From: Octopus vulgaris
Taxonomy: Eukaryota
Length of the DNA stretch: 64,000 nucleotides
Reading direction: 5' to 3'
NCBI GenBank assembly: GCA_951406725.2
Contig: OX597828.1
Span: 14,818,001 to 14,882,000, forward strand
Shown: piece by piece, positions 1 through 12,205 of the stretch
How the letters are laid out: the number at the start of each line of letters is the position of its first letter
Position numbering within the stretch: position 1 is the first letter of the stretch
Notes under the pieces: model-generated
What the model saw: the letters and a program-made list of their open reading frames with translations, nothing else
Told to the model about the DNA's origin: nothing
Databases searched by the model: none
Position numbers and translations under genes: made by a program

Positions 1-2142
1 ATTGTGGGTGTGTGTGCATATGTATGTATATATATGCTCACACCTGTTTACTTTCAGCATATTTTTGCGTGACACTGAGCAACAGATGGCCAACTATTGG
101 AACAGAAAATGCCTAACCAGTAAAACAGGTAAAGGTTGATGACAGGAAAGGTACCTAACCACAGAACATTGCTTCAAATTCTCATTTAACCCATATCCCA
201 TGGAGAAAAATACATGGCAGGGGGTGGTGAGCAAAAACATTACGAGATGGTTAAAAACTGAAAGCTCCATTTTTGCTTTCTTCCCTGTTCTAGAAATAGA
301 TACAAAAATTCCCATACTATTACAATATTATAGTATTAAAAAGATTATTTCAGAAGTTTGTTTTCTTTTGCTTCTCAAATAAGGCTGAGTGGTTAAGAAG
401 CTGGCTTATCAACAACATGGTTTCAGGTTCAGTCCCACCATGTGCCACCTTGGAAAAGGTGTCTTCTATAGCACTAGGCAAACTAATTATCTGTGAGTGA
501 ATTCGGTAGACAGAAATTGCATGGGAGCTTGTCATATTCTTTACCTTTTATTTCTTTTACATGTTCCAGTCATTAGACAGTGACCATGCTGGAGCACCAA
601 CTTGAATTTTAGTTGAACAAATCAACCCAAGTACTTGTTTTTTTTTTTTTCTTTTTTATAAAACCTGATCCTTATTCTATCAGTCTCTTTTGCCAAACTA
701 AGTTACAGGGATGTAAACTCACCAACACTGGTTGTTGAACAGGTAAGGGGGACAAACACAGGCACAAAGGCATGCACACACACACACACACACAATAAAT
801 ATATACACACACAATGGGCTTCTTTCAGTTTCCATCTACTAAAACCATTCACAAGGCTTTGATCGGCCAGAGGCTATAACAGAAGACATTTGCCCGTGGT
901 GTCGCACAGTAAGACTGAAAGCAGAACCATGGGGTTGAGGAAGTACCAGATTAAAAAAATAAAACCAAAAACAAGAAAAAAACATAATTACTGGAATTCA
1001 ACTAAAACCCTTCAAAGATGTGTTCCAGCATGGCCACAGTCCACTGAATGAAACAAGATAGTAAATATTTCAAGAACACACACATACATTTCCTTAACAA
1101 ACTAAAGTGTAGCTTCCATTACAAAATGACATATGAGAAAATAATATCAAGTGAGTATATAAGAACATTTTCATCACCTTCGTAACCTCTTGAGTCCACT
1201 ATACCACTGTCTGGCATTTTATTATACTGAAACTGGAAGGATTTGAACTTAGAACATAAAGGGACAATATTCTATATTGTAATGCACTTAACTTGGCACT
1301 TGACATTTTGTTTTATATTTTCTCATAACGCTTGTTTCCACCCCCACTTTTTTTTGTTTTGTTTTGTTCTGTTCGTTATTAAAAGGTTACAAGGATTTCT
1401 AGAGCCGCAAGTAGATGAGACATAGATCTTAACTCTGGAAGAGGAAACGAGACTGAATTATTGCAAATAGCTTTTACTGCGAGGGGAATTGAAACCAGCT
1501 CAGCAAGGTAATGCACTAATGCTACTACCACCTGCTGTAGTCAATGTCAGTTCCACTTTATTTTATAATTTATTAGTTTTCATACTAACATGTATGCTTT
1601 TCTATACACAAACACATACATGCACACACACACACACACAGTGTGTAGTAGTTGTCAATGTAATCAACCTCAGTACACAACTGGTACCTATTTTATCTAC
1701 CCCAAAAGAATGAAAGGCAAAATCGACCTCAGTGGAATTTGAACTCACAACGTAGCAACGGGCAAAATACTGCTAAGCATCTTGTCCAGTGTGCTAATGA
1801 TTCTGCTAGCTTGCCACCTTAATAATGATAGTAATGGTTTCAAACTTTTGCACAGAGCCAGCAGTTTTGAGGGGAGGGAGAATTTAATTACATTGAACGG
1901 AGTACTTGACTGGAACTTATTTTTATCAATGATGAAAGAATGAAAAGCTATTTCAACCCCAATGAAATTTCAACTCAGAAATGCCATCAGTCTTCAGCCT
2001 TTTCAATCTGGTCCACCACACAACCTCTTTCGCTAAGATTACCAAACAAACACTGCCTGACCTTCCTTCCCAACCAAAAAGGAAGGAAGCAGGATAATCT
2101 TCACAATGGATTCAGCCAATAGCCGGATCTGTCCTACATGTG

Positions 2143-2175
<33 letters not shown>

Positions 2176-3333
2176 GATATTCAGATTGTAAAATATATTC
2201 CAAGCTATACATGAAAGCTGACACTCAAATCATAGCAGCTGTTTTCATATTTAGCAAAATTCTTTAAAAAAAGAAGTTACTGGAATACAAGAAACATATT
2301 TAACCACTAAACAGTAGTACCATAACACATACAATTGAAATATTTGTATAAAAAGGCAGGCGATAGCCAGCATCAGTAGAAAAACAGACAAAATGTTCCG
2401 AAGGCAAGTTACTAGCAGAATCAATAGTGCAACAGACAAAACGCTTCCAAGTACCAGAGTAGCATTCCTTTACATCCCAAGCTCAAATCCTGCTGAGATC
2501 AATGTTGCCATCACCCTCCCAGGATTGATAAATACAAATATTTCTTGCATTATAGAAACCTTGGATTCTGGAAAAATTTTGCTGTGATGTGAAATTCCAT
2601 AACACAAAAGTTATTTTCCCTCAACCTTCACGTCACAGTCAATGAACATGGACATCATTGAGGAAATACATTTCAGGTTATGCAATTCCATGTTACAGCA
2701 AAGTTTTCAGAACTGCAATGCTTCCTTAATATGAGGGTGACAAGCAGTGTGATTGAACCTGAAGCTTTACGGTTGGGAAGAGGCAAACTTCTTAACCACA
2801 GAACCATGAATATGTAATCTGGGGTGCACTAAATAAGGAAAAAAAAGTAAAAGAAAGGGAGTGTTAGCTTGCCAAATCTGTAATTCCTTTCATCATGGAT
2901 CTGGTTTGACCCAGAGTTGAACAACAAATACATATTTTACTGACCCTTCTGATATGAAAACCAAAGTTTTTTTTTCTAAGATTTGAAACAAGAAACCAGT
3001 TACTCATTTGGAGGTGATGAACCACTTTGCTCACCCAGAGCCTCTTACTAAATACATACATATATATATATATGCACGTGCACACACGATCATCATCACC
3101 ATCGAACGTCCTCTTTTCCATGCTTACACAGAATTTATCAAGACCGATTTTCTGCAACTAGATACCCTTCCTGTTGTCAATGCTCACGTATTTCCAAGCA
3201 GGGTAATTTTACCCGCCATGGATGACTGGAACTGAACAACACCACTTGTATGACCATGATGCTCATTTACAATCATCACATGGTGTCAAAACAAAGGTGC
3301 ATAACAACATGCAGACACACACAAATAATAATA

Positions 3334-3393
<60 letters not shown>

Positions 3394-3799
3394 ATGGGTT
3401 TCTTTCAGTTTCCATTGATAAATTCACTCACAAGGCTTTGGTCAACCTGGGGCTGTAGTGAAGACACCTGCCCAGGGTGCCATGCTGAGGGACTGAAGCC
3501 AAGAACACATGGTTAGGAAGTAAATTTCAAAACCATGCAATCACACCTGCATGCATACACACACACACGTGTGTGTGAACTTAAAATGTGTTTACTGCTA
3601 GGTTATAACGGAGTACTGTAGCATTAGTATAGTAGGTAGGTAGACTATTGAGAATAAAAGGTTCAAGCTCAAAGCCAACCAACTGATACGTATAGATGAA
3701 TATGTGAAAATAGCACTGATACAGGGTACACCAATGATAATGGTTGAAATGTGTGGAGGCAGCTCGATTACAGACCTATTTAGATAATGCCAGCACAGG

Positions 3800-4300
3800 A
3801 ATGAGGCATTGACGGTGATGTAGGTGCAGGCAGTGATGATGATGAGGGCACTGCGATGCTGATGATGATTGTGGTAGCAATGATAATAATAGTGTTAGCA
3901 TTGATGCTGAACGAAGTGGTGGTGCTAGTGATAACAGTGGTGATGATGTTGTTGTTGTTGGTGGTGGTGGTGGTGGTGGTTTTGGCACTGGCACTGATAA
4001 TGAAAGGCAGTGGAGCTTAGTGATGCTGCTGCTGCTAATGATGACGATGATACTGGTGGTAATAATGATGATGGTGAAGACGACAGTGGTTGTGATGATC
4101 ATGATGATGATGATAATGATGATGCTGCTAGCAGTGATAATACTAGCTGTGGTGCTGGAATTGATAATGAAGGCAATGATAATGGTGGTGTGATGGTGCT
4201 ACTGGCAGAGATAATGCCAGTTGTAGTGCTTGCAACTGATAACGGACGCAGTGGTGCTGGCAGCAAAGATAGTGATGGTGATAATCAAAGTCATGAAATG
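3800..4300. repeat. Degenerate GAT/GGT/GCT trinucleotide low-complexity tract
   Basis: Directly visible mixed triplet repeats; ORFs here are homopolymeric. Confidence 0.85.
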
Positions 4301-4792
4301 GACAGAGAAACTGGACACGTGTAAAGACAATAGAAACTAAGAGGGATTGAAATAATACATGAAAGCTAAAAACTCAACAGAGGGCGTTTATAGTCAAGAA
4401 AACTAGAAAAAAGTCCTGCAATGATAATTCATCTGAGAAAATATAGACAGAATTAAATAACATCACTGCAAACGTAAACAAACAAATAAATAAATATATA
4501 AAAACACGTGAAGACTAAATCAAGATCTAGGTTGCTCCTGCATATAATCTAAGAATCAAAAGGAAATATACTTTTACAGCAATTAGCTTCAAAAATACTT
4601 AAGTTTAATTAGTAGTAAATATAGATTAAAATAAATTAAAAGAATTCTAAGACTTTCTGGCGAGCTCTAGAAGTGATATCAGTTTTCTTTAAATCTACAT
4701 CTATGAATGAATGAGACACTCTCACACACACACAACCATCACCACCACTAGTACCCAAAAACTATCACCATCCTTAACACCACCTTCAGTAT

Positions 4793-4830
<38 letters not shown>

Positions 4831-5114
4831 CTATATATATATATATATATAACACATACACAATAAAAGGGCAGAAAAACAGTAGATATGTGAAGTGAAT
4901 ATATTTATTTAACCTCTCATACCTCCTGTCTTTTTATGGTCATTACACTTCTCATGAAATAATTTCATAGATTAGATCTCCTACATTTCAGCTGTGTAGA
5001 ATTTTACATTATACTCCTCTTTGTTGGGTTACTGTGTGGTATGATAGCCGGGTCCACCAGAGGAACTTTCTGTGATTTCCACAGGATACCTCCATGAATC
5101 CAATACTGCACTAC

Positions 5115-5160
<46 letters not shown>

Positions 5161-8050
5161 GAGGCATAGCCAAGTGGTTACTACTACTGCTCCAGACTGA
5201 CCAATGCCTTGTGAGTAAATATGGAGGATGGGAATTGTAGGAAGCTCATTGCATGTACACGTGTGTGCATATTATTGTGTAGGTGTGCTTGCATGACCAA
5301 CCAGATGCGGTAGATGTTGATATTTCAATGGCATAACCAAATAAAGTACATTATAATAATAATTTTTATTATAGGCACAAAGCCTAAAATTGTGGTGGGA
5401 GGAGGCTAGTCGATTACATCAGTCCCAGTGCATAACTGGTACTTATTTCATTAACCCTGAAAAGATGAAAAGCAAAGTCAACCTCAGTGGTATTTGGACT
5501 CAGAATGGAAGGACGAATGAAATGTCGCTAAGCATTTTGCCCAGTGTACTAAAAGATTCTGCCAGTTCACCGCCTTAATAATAATAACAATCATCATCTT
5601 TTCTATTAAAAGCACAAGACCTGAAATTTGGTAGGAGGGGAGTAGTCAGTTACATCAACCCCAGTGTTTCACTGGTACCTAATTTATCGACCCTGAAAGG
5701 ATGAAAGGCAAAGCCAACCTCAGCAGAACTTGAACTCAGAACATAGCAACAGGCATTTTGCCTGGCATGCTAACAATTTTGCCAGCTCTTCACCTTAATA
5801 ATAATATCTTTTCCATTCATCTTTTACCTGCTTCAGTCACCGGACTGAGGCCAGGTCCAGTCAACTAAACCAACCCCAGTATATTTTTGTTTTTAAGCCT
5901 AGTACTTATTCTATTGGTCTCTCTTGCATCCAATTGTAGAAACCAGGCAGACAATGGAGCACAATGCAGCTCTTGGGCCAATCAGATCCTGTCAAACCAT
6001 TCAACCAACCCTTGCCACCCAGTATGGAACATAGATGCTAAAAGACAATGATAGAGAAATAAACTACAGCCATCGATCACAGGTGAAGAGGTCTTGCTAT
6101 CAGCATCATGCTTTCACTGGGTGATGTTGTACTTGTGAGCAGACACTCTCATAACTCTCCCCCATATATATAGGGGGGGGGGGTGAGCACTGGTTAGTTA
6201 ACAACCAAGTGTTGAACTTAAAATAAAACTATCTTGGCATTTTGCTCCCTGAGCAAATACACTAATTGGCACTCACCGAAAAGGAAAGATGCCAAGTGGA
6301 ACATTCAAATTAAGTGATAGCGAAATGTTTACAAATTATGCAACTAGAAATATTTATAATAAAGATTTTATAAATATTTAAAAAAAGATATTTTAAAAAA
6401 ATGTATATGAATTATAGAAATTTAATTTGAGATAAAGAAAAAAAGAAAACAGCTGGTCTTTTAAAAGGAAACTGCACCACAAATATTTAGCTGTATACTA
6501 ACAATGAACGATACTAATGAGGCTTTATATAAAAATTGATTGTTTCACAAATTACATAGATGCATGAGGCCTGGTGCTGAAACTAGTTTCCAACTTGAAA
6601 AAGAATCTCTTATTTTGAGTAGATGTGAGAGAGAGAGAGGGGAGGAATCTCTGTATCAATAACTAGGCTGCCTGCCTTTCATATTATAGTTAAACTTTCC
6701 AATAAAAGCCAACTTCTTAGTCTACATCTAGGTGAACTGAGGCATGAGAGAAGAATGATCGTAAACTTTCTTTTCCTTCTGCCAAACAAGAATAAATAAT
6801 GCACCAATCAATACGGAAGAATAGAAAGATAAACAGATAAATAATAAATAGTTGTCTAAATAAAAGTTGACCCATATATTAAAAACAAAAAGCAAAACAA
6901 ATCAAAAAAATTATTTTCAGCATTAATTAACTTTTTCCTTCCTTGAAATCTACAGTTGTTTGTTGCTTGGTAACTATTGATTTCCAGCTTAAAGTTTTGC
7001 TTCAAGATTTCAAAGACAAGAGTCTTAAGTTACTAAGGATTTATCAATGGATTTTACATAATGATCACCAAATAATCATACAAATATTACATCATCAACA
7101 TTTACTACCAATATCGGAATAATTTCTATCGTACAGTCAAAGAGCACAATAAGGAAATGCAGCCACTTGGAAGACATTCTGTCAAAAAGAATGCAATCAG
7201 CAGCAAAATCCTTCGATCCTTCAATTTTTTGGTTTTTCATTTTAATTGATTTTTATATATATTATTGTTTAGCAAAACCATTTTCTTCAAATGGCCACAA
7301 ATGAGCTGGATTTCACCAAGCTCTGCTAGGAATCTGTCCCACCCCACCACCACCACCACTGCTAGCACCCCATTAATTTTGGTAGTTCCTCAATCTCATG
7401 TCTCAACTAATAATGATCAATATAGTCAAGTGGTCTTTGTCCTCTATTAGAGTGTGAATGTCTCTAGTGGCTGTGTGGTTAAGAAGCTTGCTTCACAATC
7501 ACGAGGTTTTTGGTTCAGACCCACTGTGTGGCACCTTGGGCAAGTGTCTTCTGCTATAGCATGGAGCCAACCAAAGGATTGTGAGTGAATTTGTTAAAAA
7601 GAAACTGAAAGACTCGAGCGAGTGCATGTGTGAGTATTCATTTGAAGTTTCTTTTAAATCCTATTGTATTTCTATAAATATTAGGAACTATATAAAAAAA
7701 AAAAATTAATATTTTATGTATTGCAGAATTATAATTAATTTACTGCACATAAATTTTAATGACAAAATCATATATGGACCCCTTTCCCTCACTGAGGTTC
7801 ATGAGGACCCTAATTAAGAATCACTAGTATAACCCGTGTAAGCATGGAAAGGAGAAATGGGCACATTAAATGATTGTTATATGGTTTCATGTTCAGCAAA
7901 GCCTACTCTGCATTGAGCAACCATAGTATAGCGAGCAGAATGCATTGATAAATCATTGAAACTATTACTAAAGGTATTCTAGGTATGTCTATCCTGGCTT
8001 TAGGCATATATATATATTGTAGTTAAGATACCCGTGCCGGTGGCACGTAA

Positions 8051-8360
8051 CCTCTCGAAAGAGCTGTTCTTCACTCCTGCTCCAGAGCGTCGGCTGCGGG
8101 GTCATTCCGAAAAGCTCTACCTGCGACGATTTCATCTCAATCGAAGGAGAGGAGCTTTCTCCGTCCGGGTTGCGGATCCGTGGAACAAGCTGCCAGACGA
8201 GATGGTGAAGATGCCGACGACCGCTTTGTTCAAAGCCTCCCTTGACCTCAAGTGGCCTGAACTCTTTACATGAACACCACCCTGTACTTAACTCCATGTC
8301 CCCCTACATGGCCTTGCTATTTGCTTTTGAGCCAAATTAACTAACTAACTAACTAACTAA
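8051..8360 (+). mobile_element. 5'-truncated CR1-clade LINE: ORF2 C-terminus, 3'UTR and (AACT)n tail
   Basis: Uninterrupted ...RLRGHSEKLYLRRFHLNRRRGAFSVRVADPWNKLPDEMVKMPTTALFKASLD* has the RGHxxKL / FSxRV / WNxLP / FKxxLD motifs of CR1 ORF2 ends. Stop at 8271-8273, tandem tail 8335-8360, CpG-rich. Confidence 0.85.
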
Positions 8361-9472
8361 CATCTGAACGTGGCTGATGCCAGCGCTGCCTGACTGACGT
8401 CCGTGTCGGTGATGCGTAAAAAGCACCAACCGATCGTGGCCGCTTGCCAGCCACCTCTGGCCCCTGTACCAGTGGCACGTAAAAAGCACTCACTACACTC
8501 ACAGAGTGGTTAGTGTTAGGAAGGGCATCCAGCTGTAGAAATACTGTCAGATCAGACTGGGCCTGGTGCAGCCTTCTGGCTTCCCAGACCCCGGTCGAAC
8601 TGTCCAACCCATGCTAGCATGGAAAACGGATGTTAAACGATGATGATATATATATATATATATATATCTCAGAATACATTTTCAAGTACCTTCTTTCATA
8701 AAAACTATCAGGTGTAACACGAGCAAGATCTAGCTGGTATTTCTAGCATGTCTAACACACACAGTGAGGTGTTCTCAGTAGTTAGCATAGCAAGTTGTTG
8801 TTTAATACATCAACCTTGACCAAAAAGTGGCTAGAAATAGCAGCTAAATCTCCCTCATACCAATTTTAACTTTTTTGTTAATGGGGAGATATAGTACTTC
8901 CTTGGGTCATATCCAGAATACCTCCAACCAGAGGTTTGTTCAATTGAGGTGAATTTTGAGTTAAACATCTCTCTTACTGAGGACACAGAAGAAGAGAATC
9001 TACCAAAGAAGTACACAACCTCCACACTACCACACAACTATACTATACAATACTACAAGGAATATTTTCAAAATGAACCTATACAAAAGACATAAATCAG
9101 AAAGTAGCAGAAATAAATTGATCTATTCTAAATTTGATCCTCAAACCATTTCATTAACTGATTGGTTCCAAAATATGGAATGCAGAATTCCATTAATTTA
9201 TAATTAATAAATATTGATCTTTAACAAACACAAAAGGCCACAAAGTTATTGAGGAGGAGGGATGGTATTATCAATTAGGTAAACTCCAGTACTTTGTTGG
9301 TACTTTATTTTTATTGACTCTGAAAGATGAAAGGTGAGGTCAGCCTTGATTAGGGAGGGGATTCGAACTCAGAACTTTAAGATATTCACTGGAGTCAAAT
9401 CAAGACTAAATCCCCTGCTACAGAATAATCAACCTTGTAATTAACCAATCTGTCACAACCACTCTGTCCCAC

Positions 9473-9769
9473 GGAGGCACATGGCCTAGTGGTTAGAGCA
9501 GCGGAATCGCGGTCGCAGGATCACAGGTTCGAATCTCAGACCAGGCAATGTGTGTGTTTATGAGTGAAACACCTAAGCTCCACATGGCTCTGGCAGAAGG
9601 TAATGGCGAACTTCTGCTGACTCTTTCGCCACAACTTTCTCTCACTCTTTCCTCCTGCATCTTGCAGTTCACCTGCAACGGACCGGTGTCCCGTCCAGGT
9701 GAGGAACCTATATGCCAAGGAAACCGGCCCTTATGAGCCAGGCATGGCTCGAGAAGGAACAAACAACGA
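9473..9769 (+). mobile_element. Full-length tRNA-derived SINE with target-site duplication
   Basis: Pol III A box TGGCCTAGTGG and B box GGTTCGAATCT, an (AAC)-type tail, and TSD actctgtccca at 9461-9471 and 9770-9780. Confidence 0.85.
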
Positions 9770-9834
9770 ACTCTGTCCCATGCACACTGATTTTCTGAAC
9801 ACAAATTCCACAATGAATGGTCAGAGTATATAGC

Positions 9835-10160
9835 ATGTGTGTGGCTCAGTGGTTAGACCATCAGACTCACAATCATGAGGTAGAGAGTTCATTTCCCAGA
9901 CTGGGTTGTGTGTTGTGTTCTTGAGCAAGACATTTTATTCCACATTGCTCCAGTTCACTCAGCTGTAGAAATGAGTTGCAACGTTACTGGTGCCAAGCTG
10001 TATTGGCCTTTGCCTTTCCCTTGGATAACATCAGTGGAGGGTGGGGTTTGGTATGCATGGGTAACTGCTAGTCTTCCACAAAGAACCTTGCCTGGACTTG
10101 TGCCTCAGAGGGGAACTTTCTAGGTGCAATCCCATGGTCATTCATGACCGATGGAGTTCT
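9835..10160 (+). mobile_element. Family E tRNA/CORE-like SINE
   Basis: Head tggctcagtggttaga and core tgtgttcttgagcaagacattttattccacattgctccagttcactcagctg. Relatives at ~32865-33100(+), 34735-35030(-) and 58985-59243(-). Confidence 0.75.
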
Positions 10161-10675
10161 TTATATATGCATTATATAAATCTTTTGAAAATATATATAT
10201 ATAACTTTATTGCAAATTTTTGTTGTCACCTTACTGGCACCTGTGGTGGTGGCATGTGTAAAAAGATTTGAGCGAGGTCATTGCCAGTACCGTCTGACTG
10301 GCCCCCGTGCCGGTGGCACGTAAAAAGCACCCACTACACTCTTGGAGTGGTTGGCGTTAGGAAGGGCATCCAGCTGTAGAAACTCTGCCAGATCAAGATT
10401 GGGTCCTGGTGCAGCCATCTGGTTCGCCAGCCCTCAGTCAAAATCGTCCAACCCATGCTAGCATGGAAAGCGGACTTTAAACAATGATGATGAATGACAT
10501 AGCCCACATCCCATCAAAATATTTCCACACCCTACTAATGAGGTGTGCAGCACAACTAATCAAAGCAATTGTCAGTAGAATAGTGAGAACAGTTAAATCA
10601 ACCAAGCCCAACCCTCAAATTTCTGGCTTTGTGCATGTCAGAAAATTATTAAAATTTATTAAGCATATCACTTAC

Positions 10676-10864
10676 CTTTCCATTCTTGTACCAGAGAATA
10701 GCATGGTTCCTTGACAGAACTTTGCAGTCAAATGTGCCATTGCTGGGTGATGGACGTGCCCTAGCAACAGATCTACCCACTTTGACTGGTTCATGAAGAG
10801 TTATGTGCCGTGCTAGGAATGGGTGTGAATTTGGTGTACATGTTAAAATGGCCACAGCTGACAT
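10676..10864 (-). CDS. SLMAP: First coding exon of sarcolemmal membrane-associated protein (SLMAP, STRIPAK subunit); N-terminal part of the FHA domain, 63 codons
   Basis: Translation [63 protein letters not shown] closely matches the SLMAP N-terminus as I recall it (human [36 protein letters not shown]...[11 protein letters not shown]), including the FHA GR and SRNH motifs. An in-frame TGA lies 9 nt upstream of the ATG. Phase-0 donor AAG|GTAAGT at 10676/10675. Confidence 0.95.
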
Positions 10865-10891
10865 TGCTGGTCATTTAGCCTCCCCTTTAAC
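10865..10891 (-). other. SLMAP: 5'UTR part of the SLMAP start exon (27 nt) after a 3' splice site
   Basis: Minus strand reads ...ttatttatttttcag|GTTAAAGGGGAGGCTAAATGACCAGCAATG, with the acceptor AG at 10893-10892. This implies at least one upstream non-coding exon. Confidence 0.8.
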
Positions 10892-10944
10892 CTGAAAAAT
10901 AAATAATAATAATATTAAACAACAACAATAAACAATAATAATCA

Positions 10945-11353
10945 TCCTTTCTACTATAAGCACTAGGCCTGAAATTTTGGGGTGGGAGCTAGTCAATTAC
11001 ATCGACCCCAGTGTGTAACTGGTACTTATTTCATTGATCCCAAAAGATGAAAGGCTAAGTCAACCTTGGTGGAATTTGAACTCAGAATGCAAAACAGACA
11101 AAAATGCTAATCACTTTGCCCAGTGTGCTAGCGAATCTGCCAGCTCGCCACTTTCAATAATGGTGTCAAATTTTGGTAATAAGGCCAATAGATTTGCGGA
11201 AGGGGCTAAGTGAATTACATTGACCCCCAGTGTCCATTTTACTGACCTAGAAAGGATGAAAGGCAAAGTAACTTTGGTGGAATTTGAACTCAGAACATAA
11301 ATACATGCTAAGCATTCTGCCCAGGACTGCAACGATTTTGCCAGCTCACTGCC

Positions 11354-11355
<2 letters not shown>
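10945..11355 (-). mobile_element. Two tandem family B SINEs next to the SLMAP acceptor
   Basis: Two copies of the family B body (about 10945-11152 and 11160-11355). Confidence 0.85.
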
Positions 11356-11392
<37 letters not shown>

Positions 11393-11393
<1 letters not shown>

Positions 11394-11658
11394 ACGATAA
11401 GTAGAGTGTAATAAAACACAGACTGATCTTTCTTCATTGAACAATATTTTGGTAGTATGATTTCTTCGGGTTCAAAATGAGAAACACACAGCTCTGCAAA
11501 AGTTCGAAATTTCAACAGAACTATCCTGCATTGAATTTCTGCATTCCTGTGTAGTTTTCATTTTGAACCTGGAAACAAAAGGACTACCCAACTATTGTTC
11601 AATACAATAAACAAAATCAATCTGTTTGATCAAATATCACATCACGCTCATCTAATTG
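11393..11658. mobile_element. Fold-back (palindromic) MITE with ~110-bp imperfect arms
   Basis: Exact paired blocks attgaacaata 11436-11446 / 11593-11603 and ggttcaaaatga 11469-11480 / 11558-11569; ends TA|CA...TG|TA. Confidence 0.7.
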
Positions 11659-11751
11659 TATTTTCACTTTCATGAAAAGCTTACATCTATCTCCATAAAT
11701 TATTATTATTATTAACATTATTAGTTATTATTATTATCAATTATTATTATT

Positions 11752-11968
11752 AAGGTGGCAAGCTGGCAGAACCATTAGCATGCCAAGCAAAATGCTTTAG
11801 CAGTATTCCACTTGTCTTTACTTTCCGAGATCAAATTCCACTGAAGTTGACTTTGCTTTTCATCCTTTTGGGGGTTGATAAAATAGCTACCAATGAAACA
11901 CTGAGATTGATTTAATCAACTAGTCCCCTCCACCAAAATTTCAGGTCTCATGCCTATAGTAGATAAGG
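11752..11968 (+). mobile_element. Family B SINE in opposite orientation
   Basis: Reverse complement of 10945-11152 over its full length. Confidence 0.85.
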
Positions 11969-12205
11969 TTTTCTTTATTACCACTTTAACATACAATTAT
12001 TATCAACATCGGTGGATATGTGAGGGTGGACAATTAACAAAAAGATGAATTGGTTTGGTTGTACTTAAGAAACTATATTAAGCTCAGATGTCTGAAGCAT
12101 GATGCTTCACACTGCTAGAGTGTTGTGTGAAGAGGTATGTTGATGAGGATGAGGCATTAGACTTTGAGAGTATTGGAATGAAGAGAAATAACTTTTAAAA
12201 AAAAA

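Larger units (their letters stand above)
1..10675 (-). other. SLMAP: SLMAP intron following the start exon (>10.6 kb, continues out of the window)
   Basis: GT donor at 10675. I could not find the expected next FHA exon (FYLQDTKSSNGTF-like) between 1 and 10675. Confidence 0.7.

Noticed and set aside
3776-4324. Asp-rich and Pro/Thr/Ser-rich ORFs
   Set aside because: Degenerate trinucleotide repeats with no domain and no convincing splice context.
9473-9545. tRNA-like sequence with A and B boxes
   Set aside because: It is a SINE head: no proper acceptor stem, and it continues into a SINE body with a TSD.
10649-10675. ORF-track extension VSDMLNKF after NGK
   Set aside because: Read-through into the intron past the GTAAGT donor.
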